Of a stretch of 64,000 bases of DNA, positions 55,079-64,000 are shown one piece after another; position 1 is the first letter of the stretch; each line of letters starts with the position of its first letter. A model generated the notes under the pieces. That model was given only the letters and a program-made list of their open reading frames with translations. It did no database searches and was not told the origin of the DNA. A program made the translations under genes and the position numbers. This DNA is from a virus. The stretch covers positions 32,001 to 96,000 of the IMG/VR virus record IMGVR_UViG_3300037258_000282; one strand, given 5' to 3'.

Positions 55079-58000
55079 TTACTGTCCCTTGATATCTTGC
55101 CCAGCGGTACCTTTCGTCGCGCCGATAGACTTGGCTATCTCTGGATTCTTAGCTAGAATTTGCACCGCCGCCTTATACTTAGACTGATCCTGCATCGAGC
55201 GATTTTCCTTAGATTTCTTCTTCATCATCTCTATCGTCTGCTTGGCCTTTCTAACCTCTTCATACTTCTTGGCCTTATCGTCATCCACCATAGCATCGGA
55301 ATCTGAACCAACGTCCTGGGGCACATCATCTGGATTCTCATCTGGATTCTCATCTGGGTTCATCATATCTTGTGGCTGCCACCTCGGATCACCGGAGTCG
55401 AGCTCGGCCTGTATCTCGGCGTCCATCTTTTCGATGTCCTCATCTGACTGCTGGAGGACGTTCTTACGAACCCACTCATTAGAATAGTACTTACCTACCA
55501 TGTCCTGAAGATTTCTAGCGAGCTCAACTCTAGAAGTCAGTACCTCACCATCTTTTAGTTCAGTGAAGTAGTTATCCTTTGAGTAGTTATACTTTACTCT
55601 CTGCTCTATATCCTGCCAGTCCTCAAGAGACATAACCCCCTTGAGGACTAACTGCTTCTCGAGAAGCTTATTGAATATGATCGAGAAGCGTGAGCGAAGT
55701 CTTATGATGAACCGAGCAAACTTTACCTCGTCGCGCGTTACTTCGGTCGCCCTTCCCACGGAGAAAAGTGCGTCCGAGTTCAGTCGGGAGACAGGTACGT
55801 TGAGAGTCTGTAGAAACTTCTTCTGAAAGTATAAGACGTCGTCCATCTGCCCGAGGTTTTGACCTCCCGGCAGGGTAGTAACCTCAGTTCCACGCCCGCC
55901 CTCTCTTCTCGGAAGCCAGTAATCTTCAAGAGTTGTATTCTTTGAATAAATCCCACAGTCAAGCTGAAAGGTATGATGGCTATCATATGCCTCTTTTTCA
56001 AAGTCAATAGTCAGGCACCCGACGTCCATCTTCTCGTTGAGGAATTCTACAGATACGACCCTGTGGTTGTGCAGTTGCTCGGCGTGATACCCTCTAGAGC
56101 CAAAGTCTCCCTTGATGTTATTTCTATCTAATCCACTGGCGCGGCAGAAAGCGCTGAGATTCTCAATTATCTCAATCTGTCCGTCAGGAGCAGTGATCTT
56201 CCATGACTTACACGCAACAGAAGTTCTATTTTTAGCCGCTACAGATAGTGACTCTCTCCACTGTGTATTATTTGACATATCAACGTATCGCTTTAGCGTA
56301 CTGCGTTGCTTTTTATTATGTACTATTTTCGAAGCAAACTGAGCTGAGTAGCTCTTCCAGTTCTTATGTCCGAGGCGCCCGCACACTTTAAGCAGGTCGC
56401 GATACAGGAACTTCCAGGGCACGATAGCCCTCTTGGGCATGATGGTGTCGGCATTAGCGCTCATCCACGCCGCATGATCGATCTTCTCATTGATTAGTTT
56501 TAGAGCTTCCGCTCCTCTCATCTGGTCTCTGGCGCACTTCTCTACTACACCGTATATCTCGTCGGTGTATAATAGAGTTCGAGCCTCGGCATTCTTTATC
56601 TTCAACTCATCGCTGTTACAGAACACCGAGTGGTACTTCCAGTGATCCCTGTTGTTCATCATGACAAGGTTCTCTGGATTATTGTTGTATCTATTTAAGT
56701 CGAAGTGGTGAACTGTCCTCTTGTTTAGGTGGTTCAAGTCAGCATCATAAGAGAATTCCTCGCGAAGCCCGTTCTCGTCTTTCCACTTAGATACCGCGCG
56801 ATGAGTAAATACCCACTTCTTACTGTCATTTTGATATATCTGCTCGTACTCTCTTCCACCATCTTCTATGGGAGACATCCTCCTATAGCCTGGAATGATC
56901 GACTCACCAATCGCGAGGTGCTGAGCCTCGACGAACCCCTTGTTCCAAACTGGAAACTTGTGATCTGGTGTGCAGACAACGCTCTTGCCATTGTCAAGAG
57001 TGACGCGAACTACGTCGGAGTCTCTCTTAGTGATGCCAGCCCACTCTACTGGTCCTGGCGCGAATTTACCAGTCATGGGATCGCATGAGTATACCCAGTT
57101 CTTCTTACCAGCCTCGTACTCGGCGATTATCTCTTCTAGCGGAAGAGTGCGACCATCCAGCAGTGGTATTCTCGTATCTAACGCGAGACACATGAACTTG
57201 CGATCGTCACGAACCTCACCAGACGCGGCGTCATATATGAGACGATTCTTGTGCTTCACCATGATCTCGCGGACGTACTGCTCCGCCTTGATCTTTGGAA
57301 GATTACCGACGTCGATGTACCATATTCTTCTCTCGGGGGCTCTCGCGATCCTGTATATGACCATGGAGTCTTCGAGCGTCCTAAGCTGGTTCAGAGACTT
57401 AATGCCCTTATGCAGATAGGACAGGACCATGGTCCCACCGTTATCTGTCAGCCCGGATACTACGTGAAGTATGGAATCTACCGCGATCTTTAGGCCGTTA
57501 GTCGCAGGGCCAGATGGCTTATTTCCGTAGTTGAACCCCTTATCGTTGAACACGAAGTACTCGTTAGCAACGCGAGTGATCGTGGCGTCACCGCCTCCGA
57601 TACCTCCAGATGAGCCTCCCTGAACTCGCTTTCGAGCGACCTCGCGAATCTTACGGATCTTTCTCGGATCTATGTATCGAAGTTCCTTGATGCCACCAGA
57701 CGTATCGTTCTCATCTATGATGACGTGATAGTATAGGCGCCCATCGATATACCAGCGCCTGAGAATGTCGTACGCGTATTTGTTAAAATCGAGAAGGTCT
57801 AGGCAGTTGTGAAACTCCTCGATTATGACCTTCTTAATATTATCAGAGATATTGACTTTATCTAGATTTATATCTACGATGGTCTCTTCGTCGATAGACA
57901 TAGCTTCATTGACTATCTCATCGATAGCCGAATCGCACTCCGGCTGGAGCGACATCTCTCGATATTTAGTGACGAGTTCGGCCTCAGTTCGAACAGTTCC

Positions 58001-58138
58001 ATCTAGATCGATGTACGTTCCGAACGAGCCACCGGCCGCGACGATAACAGCTCCGTCCTCATTATCCCTCGGGGCGAATGAGACTAGCTGCTTGTCTAGC
58101 GGTACTTTTCTCTTAAACTCAAATCCGAATAGCATCAT
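55079..58138 (-). CDS. 20: portal protein gp20 with intein
   Basis: RRWYIDGR, LRYIDPRKI, IYRIARAPERR, EDYWLPRREGGRGTE. Confidence 0.95.
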   Translation of the reverse strand: MMLFGFEFKRKVPLDKQLVSFAPRDNEDGAVIVAAGGSFGTYIDLDGTVRTEAELVTKYREMSLQPECDSAIDEIVNEAMSIDEETIVDINLDKVNISDNIKKVIIEEFHNCLDLLDFNKYAYDILRRWYIDGRLYYHVIIDENDTSGGIKELRYIDPRKIRKIREVARKRVQGGSSGGIGGGDATITRVANEYFVFNDKGFNYGNKPSGPATNGLKIAVDSILHVVSGLTDNGGTMVLSYLHKGIKSLNQLRTLEDSMVIYRIARAPERRIWYIDVGNLPKIKAEQYVREIMVKHKNRLIYDAASGEVRDDRKFMCLALDTRIPLLDGRTLPLEEIIAEYEAGKKNWVYSCDPMTGKFAPGPVEWAGITKRDSDVVRVTLDNGKSVVCTPDHKFPVWNKGFVEAQHLAIGESIIPGYRRMSPIEDGGREYEQIYQNDSKKWVFTHRAVSKWKDENGLREEFSYDADLNHLNKRTVHHFDLNRYNNNPENLVMMNNRDHWKYHSVFCNSDELKIKNAEARTLLYTDEIYGVVEKCARDQMRGAEALKLINEKIDHAAWMSANADTIMPKRAIVPWKFLYRDLLKVCGRLGHKNWKSYSAQFASKIVHNKKQRSTLKRYVDMSNNTQWRESLSVAAKNRTSVACKSWKITAPDGQIEIIENLSAFCRASGLDRNNIKGDFGSRGYHAEQLHNHRVVSVEFLNEKMDVGCLTIDFEKEAYDSHHTFQLDCGIYSKNTTLEDYWLPRREGGRGTEVTTLPGGQNLGQMDDVLYFQKKFLQTLNVPVSRLNSDALFSVGRATEVTRDEVKFARFIIRLRSRFSIIFNKLLEKQLVLKGVMSLEDWQDIEQRVKYNYSKDNYFTELKDGEVLTSRVELARNLQDMVGKYYSNEWVRKNVLQQSDEDIEKMDAEIQAELDSGDPRWQPQDMMNPDENPDENPDDVPQDVGSDSDAMVDDDKAKKYEEVRKAKQTIEMMKKKSKENRSMQDQSKYKAAVQILAKNPEIAKSIGATKGTAGQDIKGQ
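55937..57190 (-). mobile_element. 418-aa cis intein with HNH endonuclease in the portal
   Basis: KFM|CLALDTRIP; CTPDHKF; VHHFDLNRYNNNPENL; GIYSKN|TTLEDYW. Confidence 0.9.
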
Positions 58139-58164
58139 AACGGAAAGTGACTCCTATGACGCTA

Positions 58165-58803
58165 TTATGACTGCCCACCAGTAGGATCTACAGTGATGGC
58201 CGCGGTCGTATTGGAGATCTCCCACCAGTCATAAGAGAAAGTAACGTCGAATACCTCTATCTGGTTGGTCTGATCCCATCCGAGTCTGATCTCTGCGACG
58301 TTGTTGGGCCATGCACCCATGATGGCGTATGTTACGATCTGCGATCCGGTTTTCGAGAACTGAGTGACGTCCATCTCTACCTTGTATGAAGTTCCAGAGC
58401 TTCCACCCGTGGTAGTCGTTGTATTGGTTCCAATACCTGGAGTTGGCCCACCGGACTCAGATAGAAAGTTAGGATTGCGGACGTTACCGACCATGGCGTT
58501 TATGTAGTTCGACCACGCCTCAAACGTCGAGCGAAGGAGAAAGTCCTCGTCGTTCTGGATAGTTACGGTCCAATCCGGAAAGGTCCTATCTCCAGCCGCC
58601 TTCATGGTCCGCCCAAAGTACGGTACGGGAATATTTCCTATAGTCGCCGGTGGAATCGACCCCGCCTGGCAGGCAAATTGGAACTTCTGAGGAGCTCCAG
58701 GAGCAGAGAACGGAGGAAGATTGAGAGTGCAGCTGAAGAGTGAGGGACGAGCACCGTCGAGAACTAGTCCCTGCTGTCTGAATGTGGCTATGTTGAATGG
58801 CAG
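58165..58803 (-). CDS. 19: tail tube protein gp19; probable CTG start
   Basis: Open frame extends upstream of the ATG at 58605: (M)PFNIATFRQQGLVLDGARPSLF...VPYFGR..K.AGDRTF.DW; GGGAG SD 8 nt before CTG at 58803. Confidence 0.9.
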   Translation of the reverse strand: MPFNIATFRQQGLVLDGARPSLFSCTLNLPPFSAPGAPQKFQFACQAGSIPPATIGNIPVPYFGRTMKAAGDRTFPDWTVTIQNDEDFLLRSTFEAWSNYINAMVGNVRNPNFLSESGGPTPGIGTNTTTTTGGSSGTSYKVEMDVTQFSKTGSQIVTYAIMGAWPNNVAEIRLGWDQTNQIEVFDVTFSYDWWEISNTTAAITVDPTGGQS

Positions 58804-58817
58804 TGGAGTTACTCCCG

Positions 58818-59012
58818 TTAGATGACGTATGTACTATTTATTCTCTTCTGATGTGAGGCAGACATCTTGGTCCTAGTCTCATCAGATATCTTGGTACCTA
58901 ATTTTCTCAGTCTCATCTTCTCTCTAGCCTCTGTGGAGTGCCTATTACCGGTATTATCGGTCGGAATGCCAGAGCTCCAGACTCTAATGTATTTTTTTAT
59001 CAAAGGTACCAA
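58818..59012 (-). pseudogene. NUMOD3 remnant of a homing endonuclease
   Basis: HSTEAREKMR...KISDETRTKMSASH with no catalytic domain. Confidence 0.6.
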
Positions 59013-59067
59013 AAATATTTAGTAGGTGAAGAAATCCTACTAAGTTGTTGATTTCAAATTGGTTTTA

Positions 59068-61200
59068 TTATCCCGAGAAGTTGCCAACTACCTCTGCGAA
59101 GGCCACTCCGGTCGGAACAGCTACAAAATTAAGTTGTATAAAGTTAATTGAGCGCGATGGCTTGACGTATATGTCGGCCACAAACTGATTTGAGTCAATT
59201 ACCTGAGCCGTGTTGTTGGTGGTATCGCAGACAACTTCGAAGTCAAAGATACCATCGAGAGCCTTGATTCCCGCAAGATATGGAGTCACCATATTGACGA
59301 ACGCCGCGCGGGTAAACGCGTCATTTAGCTGGAATAGGGTATACTTCGCGGCTATAGAGATGGCCTTCTCTATGGTGATGAACAGGCGCCTGACGTTGAT
59401 GCGATCGAAGGCCGACGGCTGCGACAGCATCGTCTTGTCTCCGTAGAGGATCGTTCCCTGAGCCGGGAAAGTCACTACCGGATCTATGCCGTTTGGATAC
59501 AGGAGATTCCTATCCGAGAGGGCCGGATTGAAGCGCATCTTGACGACGTTGTTTATCTGACCGCGGTTGAAGCCGGCCGGTGAGTCCCAAGGATATCCGA
59601 TGGAATCATTCCTCACGCAGAGCCCGGCGATGTCTCCGTTGGTCGGAACCCACCTATAGACGTCATTATACCTATCGTACTGGTACTTATACCCGGAATC
59701 GATCAGGGCATAGGAAGTAGACGAGAGGATGTTCCTCCAGTTTATGAGCGCTACGGCCTCATTATTATAGTTGTTAGTGATGACCGCGTCGTCTGGAGTG
59801 ATAAACACCACGCAGTCTAGGCGAAATTGGGCGATATTCTGGATCAGCCACTCACTTAGGAGGAAGTTGTTGATCTGCATGCCGGATCCATCTAGGGCTA
59901 CCGTAGCTCCACCGATAGGTCTTCCCTGAAGGATCAGAGACACGTCGATGTCTTCGGTCGACTGAAACTTCAGGTAGCCGTTGGTGATGGTCGCCAGCGA
60001 GGCGTTGGACTCGCCGACTCCGTCTTGGCCGGAGTTAAAGGCGATCGTAAGTGGAAAGCTGTCTGACGAGCTGAGGAGCGACGTGGAGATCGCGGAGTTG
60101 GCCGCGTGATCTGGGCGATCGTTTACTCCCCAGGCGTACTGAGAGTTCTGGTTGAGGACGGTCTTCCAGAAGTTCGTCACACCACCTACGGTCAGCGCGT
60201 CGGTCGCGCGAGATAGGTTGGTGTAGGTCTCGAGAATGGTTCCAGGGACTCCCGAGAAATCTCCGTTCTCATCTTGAATGACCACGTGCATTCCATCGAT
60301 GATCGACGCGTTGGACGTCTTCGTCGCCATATACGGCGTCTGCTGAGGTGGAACTCCGATGACGTTCTGAAATTCCCAGAACCTAGTGATGAAGTTGGTG
60401 TTCGCCGCGGCAGATGAGTTGATCGAGAAGTCCGTCGATACGATATACTTCGAGGTCAGTCCGACAGATACGGTCGAGATATTCGAAGTCGCGTTCGTGG
60501 TAAGTACCGGAGCTGATATCGTCGCGATCTGAGAGTACTGCGTTCCGACAGAGGTATTTCCCAGCACTATGTAGTCGCCAACAGAGAAGTTAGAGATCAG
60601 CGTGTTGACCGCCGCAGTTATCTGCGTTCCGTTAGCGCCGACCATCACGAGTGATACGGCGTTAGATCCAGTATTGATCGACGCGGTAGTCACTACAGCG
60701 TTTGAAGATACGGCGTTTGGAAGAAAGACGTTTGAGGTATAGGCATTGACCGAGTCGCACACCGACACGAGAAGTGAATTTCCGAGCCCGCCCGGCCACT
60801 TAGCGATGAACATCGCGTTAGTGTCGAATGATACGACGTTCTCAAATTGAGCCTCGTTAGTGACCACGCAAAGCGCGACGTTAGCGACCGGTCCGGTGTT
60901 GGCGATAGCGTTGAGAGCGGCATTGGCGTCACCAGAGGTCGTGTTGGCCGCGCGAACGACGAAGAGCTGATTACCATAGGACAGGAAGTTAGCCGCGGTA
61001 AACCAAGTCTGGAAGTTGTTCTGGTTAGGAGATCCAAAGGTCGACACTAGAGTCGACTCGGAGTTGATCTGAATGGCCTCTCCAACTGGTCCCCAGCTGA
61101 AGATACCGGCAATCGCTCCCTGAGTAGTGCCTACCGCCGGAACTATGGTAGTTAGGTCAAACTCAGTTACGTTTACGCCGGGAGATAGTTGAGTCGCCAT
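59068..61200 (-). CDS. 18: tail sheath protein gp18
   Basis: LSPGV...E.DLT, SPAGFNRG, FDRINVRRLF, KPSRSINFIQLNFVA. Confidence 0.96.
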   Translation of the reverse strand: MATQLSPGVNVTEFDLTTIVPAVGTTQGAIAGIFSWGPVGEAIQINSESTLVSTFGSPNQNNFQTWFTAANFLSYGNQLFVVRAANTTSGDANAALNAIANTGPVANVALCVVTNEAQFENVVSFDTNAMFIAKWPGGLGNSLLVSVCDSVNAYTSNVFLPNAVSSNAVVTTASINTGSNAVSLVMVGANGTQITAAVNTLISNFSVGDYIVLGNTSVGTQYSQIATISAPVLTTNATSNISTVSVGLTSKYIVSTDFSINSSAAANTNFITRFWEFQNVIGVPPQQTPYMATKTSNASIIDGMHVVIQDENGDFSGVPGTILETYTNLSRATDALTVGGVTNFWKTVLNQNSQYAWGVNDRPDHAANSAISTSLLSSSDSFPLTIAFNSGQDGVGESNASLATITNGYLKFQSTEDIDVSLILQGRPIGGATVALDGSGMQINNFLLSEWLIQNIAQFRLDCVVFITPDDAVITNNYNNEAVALINWRNILSSTSYALIDSGYKYQYDRYNDVYRWVPTNGDIAGLCVRNDSIGYPWDSPAGFNRGQINNVVKMRFNPALSDRNLLYPNGIDPVVTFPAQGTILYGDKTMLSQPSAFDRINVRRLFITIEKAISIAAKYTLFQLNDAFTRAAFVNMVTPYLAGIKALDGIFDFEVVCDTTNNTAQVIDSNQFVADIYVKPSRSINFIQLNFVAVPTGVAFAEVVGNFSG

Positions 61201-61255
61201 GCCTCTTTCCTTTCAGTAGTTTAAACTACAACTGATTATTATTCTAATTTCCGAG

Positions 61256-61263
61256 TATTTATA
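61256..61263 (-). promoter_or_regulatory. T4-type late promoter for gp18
   Basis: TATAAATA. Confidence 0.75.
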
Positions 61264-61295
61264 ATACTGAGGCTTTCACTACAGTTCCGTATTTA

Positions 61296-62957
61296 TCAGA
61301 ATTTCTCCTGCTTATAGTACATCCAGTTGTCACCGTCGTATGGTCTGACGTTTGGATCCGGCTCATCCCTGCCGTCATACACGAATAGAAATTGGGCTAG
61401 ATCCTGCTCGATCTCTTCGTCTGTCTTATCTCTAAGCTTCTGCATGGTATGGATGTTGGCATAGTCCTTGAAGTATCCTTGATCTGACAGCCATGAGAAG
61501 AGCACGAGACCCATGACCAAGTCGTCGTGCTTTCCCGGCTCGGCCTCATATGAATCTTTCTTCTTTGAGAACGTCGAGAGCTCCTCGATAGTGTTAAAAT
61601 CATTTATGATGAGCTGATTCTGCTCCACGAGAAGCTTTAATATCGAGCAACCTATGTTCTTAACTACTTTAGTAGTCCTGATACCCTTATCAATCTGCTT
61701 TCCACCGAAGCCAGAGGTGATCCTCTTTCCAGACCTTCCGGCATTCTCAGTAAAGAGAACGTTGTCATAGTTGAAGTCATAGTGCAGGGAGGTAGAGACC
61801 TGCTCACCGATATCGTTGATCTCTACTAGAACTGCCGAATTGTTGTAGGCGATCGCGACTCTATGCACTATGGCGGCGTAGTCCAATGGAGTGATGTAGT
61901 TGTCTCTATACACCGCGACCTGCTCATATGGCATCTCGGTGACGTCGATAAGTTGAAACGCAGAGTAGTCTAGACCTTTTCCACGTGAGACGTCGCAGAC
62001 CATCATGTAGATCCTATTAGGTCGCGGAGAGACATACACGTGAAGTCCCTCGGAAGCGGTCTCTGGACTCTTCCATATGAGCTCCTTGAGCTTCCATCCC
62101 GCGATAAGCGTTCCAGATGAACCTTGAAATTCGCACTCCATCTCTTGGGCGAATTTCTGAAGATCTCCATTCATTCCATCGAGAGTGTCTTTCTTCCACT
62201 TCTCGTCCCTTCCCGGAACGTCCTTCCAGTGGACTCTCAGAGGCTTGAACTGATTTTTTCTCTCCTTGGCTCCTACCCAAAACTTATGAAAGTGATTGAG
62301 TCCAAATGGCGTGGAGACCAAGATGATCTTTGAGTCGACGCCGGACGAGATAGTCGGATAGACTGAGGTGTAGAACTCATCCCACTTCTCGATGTGAGCC
62401 GCCTCGTCGACGAAGAGAAGTGATATGGAGTATCCTCGGATCGCGTCTTTTGTAGTAGTAGAAGCTATAACGCGAGAGTTGTTGTCTAGCTCAAACGATC
62501 CCTCGTTCCACTTCAGAACTCCATGCTGAAGCCACTTGGGAAGATGCTCGTATGCGAGCTGAATGCGTCCTAGTATCTCGCGAGCGACCTCTCCCTTGTT
62601 GGCTAGCAGCGCGACGGTCTTCTCTGACTGAAACAGAACGTACCACAGTATGAAGCCGCACGTAGTGGTTGACTTGCCACTTTGACGCGCGGAAGTTATA
62701 ATATTGAACCTCTCATTTTTGAAGTTCAACAACATCTGCTTCTGATAGTCATATAGCTTAAAGTGCACGAGTCCCTTATCTAGAGATACGATCTTCATGT
62801 AGGTCTCTACGAAGTAGATGGGATCCTCGGAGCACTTGACGTACTCTTGAATAAGTTCCGGCGTCCACTCTATCTGCTGATTAGCTCTCTTTAAGAGTGG
62901 ATTTCCGTTGTAGGCTTTTACTAGGTCGAAATTTCGATCATCCTGCATACTTACCAT
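61296..62957 (-). CDS. 17: terminase large subunit gp17
   Basis: RQSGKST, LLFVDEAAH, VSTPFG, DVSRG..LDYS, HDDLVM. Confidence 0.96.
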   Translation of the reverse strand: MVSMQDDRNFDLVKAYNGNPLLKRANQQIEWTPELIQEYVKCSEDPIYFVETYMKIVSLDKGLVHFKLYDYQKQMLLNFKNERFNIITSARQSGKSTTTCGFILWYVLFQSEKTVALLANKGEVAREILGRIQLAYEHLPKWLQHGVLKWNEGSFELDNNSRVIASTTTKDAIRGYSISLLFVDEAAHIEKWDEFYTSVYPTISSGVDSKIILVSTPFGLNHFHKFWVGAKERKNQFKPLRVHWKDVPGRDEKWKKDTLDGMNGDLQKFAQEMECEFQGSSGTLIAGWKLKELIWKSPETASEGLHVYVSPRPNRIYMMVCDVSRGKGLDYSAFQLIDVTEMPYEQVAVYRDNYITPLDYAAIVHRVAIAYNNSAVLVEINDIGEQVSTSLHYDFNYDNVLFTENAGRSGKRITSGFGGKQIDKGIRTTKVVKNIGCSILKLLVEQNQLIINDFNTIEELSTFSKKKDSYEAEPGKHDDLVMGLVLFSWLSDQGYFKDYANIHTMQKLRDKTDEEIEQDLAQFLFVYDGRDEPDPNVRPYDGDNWMYYKQEKF

Positions 62958-63357
62958 CCTCTTGAGGTGACTCTACGACCTTCATCTCTATGATCTTCTG
63001 CTCGTCCTTAACTCCAGCTATCATCTTCGCGAGTTCTGCCGTAGAGAGAAATAGGTTGTTGTTCGTGATGTTTTTAGTCGAAGTGATCGGAGCGTCGGCG
63101 TTGCGAATAGATCTGATCTTTATCTGAAGATCAAGAAGGTCCTTGTTAGCCATCACTATAGTCGAGACTAGCCCGGAGAGAACCTCATATGAGCGCGGAT
63201 GCTGCGACTGCTGGGCTAGATTAGAGAGTTCGTGAAGAGAGGTCTTGGCGGTCTCTATAACTTCTAATAGATTAGCTCTCGCGGTCTCAAAGTCTCTCGA
63301 TGCCGAGTCGTTGTTTACTTCATCAAGCAGGTTAGAGATCTCATCACTTTCGCTCAT
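62938..63357 (-). CDS. 16: terminase small subunit gp16
   Basis: DFETARANL, HPRSYEV, NNNLFLSTAELAKM. Confidence 0.88.
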   Translation of the reverse strand: MSESDEISNLLDEVNNDSASRDFETARANLLEVIETAKTSLHELSNLAQQSQHPRSYEVLSGLVSTIVMANKDLLDLQIKIRSIRNADAPITSTKNITNNNLFLSTAELAKMIAGVKDEQKIIEMKVVESPQEDGKYAG

Positions 63358-64000
63358 ACGTCAGTTTCCATTATAGTAGAGATGAACCCATAGTCGTCAG
63401 TTATGGAGATCTCTTGATATGGAATCGTTAGAGACGCGTTTGAAGTCGGCTGACCATTAGCGAGAAGACCAGGATAATACTGAAAGCTTGCAGATGGAGT
63501 CAAGTTAGCCGCCGCATCTCCAACTATGATAGATGTGTTAGTGAATTGAATTGGGAAGGCCTGCTTTATCGGCCCGTACATATATCCCTTGACCTGAAGA
63601 CTAAACTCCCAGATTATAGCTCTTCTCTTATTGAAGTCACCGTCGTAATTATCAGATACCGCGACGTCTGATATGACTACTGGAATATTTCTAGAGTCAC
63701 TCATCTCGGGGACCAGATTTATAGATAGGGTCCAATCTGGAGTAAAGTATGGAAGTATCTGCTCGATGATCTTCGTACCGTCCTCAGCGTTCTTCACGTA
63801 GACGTAGCACTTGAAGTTGATGTTATAGGGAACTGGGTTATACTGAACGCTGAGGCGGTTAGCCGCAGAGCCCGGCCGTATGTTTCGATTTATAGTCTCA
63901 AGCTTTCTCGACGCGTCGTACTCTAGTCCCACCAGCTCATACGACATCACGGGAAGTATCACGGCGGCTGGCCTAGAGATGTCGGGATCTTGGTCGACTC
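63354..64000 (-). CDS. 15: tail sheath stabilizer gp15, 5' end outside the window
   Basis: LPVMSYE...YDASRKL, PVPYN, KIIEQILPYFTP, YMYGP. Confidence 0.88.
   Translation of the reverse strand, partial: VDQDPDISRPAAVILPVMSYELVGLEYDASRKLETINRNIRPGSAANRLSVQYNPVPYNINFKCYVYVKNAEDGTKIIEQILPYFTPDWTLSINLVPEMSDSRNIPVVISDVAVSDNYDGDFNKRRAIIWEFSLQVKGYMYGPIKQAFPIQFTNTSIIVGDAAANLTPSASFQYYPGLLANGQPTSNASLTIPYQEISITDDYGFISTIMETDV

Noticed and set aside
55326-55362. 12-bp tandem repeat in the portal 3' end
   Set aside because: Encodes a low-complexity NPDE linker; not CRISPR-like or regulatory
1-64000. Genome-wide TAG reassignment (alternative genetic code)
   Set aside because: TAG ends thyX, gp44, gp46, gp55 and others at expected lengths; only one internal TAG was found
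1-64000. tRNA genes, CRISPR arrays, integrase or IS elements
   Set aside because: No cloverleaf, repeat-spacer array or transposase/integrase motifs seen by eye; a tRNAscan run would be needed to exclude tRNAs firmly

Overview
A 64-kb segment of a large T4-like myophage genome, almost entirely coded on the minus strand. From right to left it carries: the virion module (gp15, 16, 17, 18, 19, 20, 21, 22, 23, 3); recombination and late transcription genes (uvsY, uvsW, gp55, gp47, gp46); a ~10.7-kb nucleotide/DNA-modification cluster (dCMP hydroxymethylase gp42, dCMP deaminase, MazG-like pyrophosphatase, alpha-glucosyltransferase homolog, two methyltransferase-like genes, cytidylyltransferase, HAD-kinase fusion, PlcP-like phosphoesterase plus GT2); the replisome (gp45, 44, 62, regA, split gp43, split uvsX, gp41, gp61); and thyX and a class II RNR. 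Main unusual points: (1) gp43 is split in two, and the second gene has an in-frame TAG flanked by identical Leu codons (CTC TAG CTC) in polymerase motif B, a candidate natural stop-hop. (2) uvsX is fractured by a naturally split intein whose 35-bp spacer looks like an endonuclease relic. (3) A perfect sigma70 promoter fires into a ~250-nt hairpin-rich non-coding region between gp55 and uvsW. (4) The portal carries an HNH-type intein. (5) Non-AUG starts are pervasive, including likely CTG and ATA starts. All calls come from motif recognition by eye; no database search was run.
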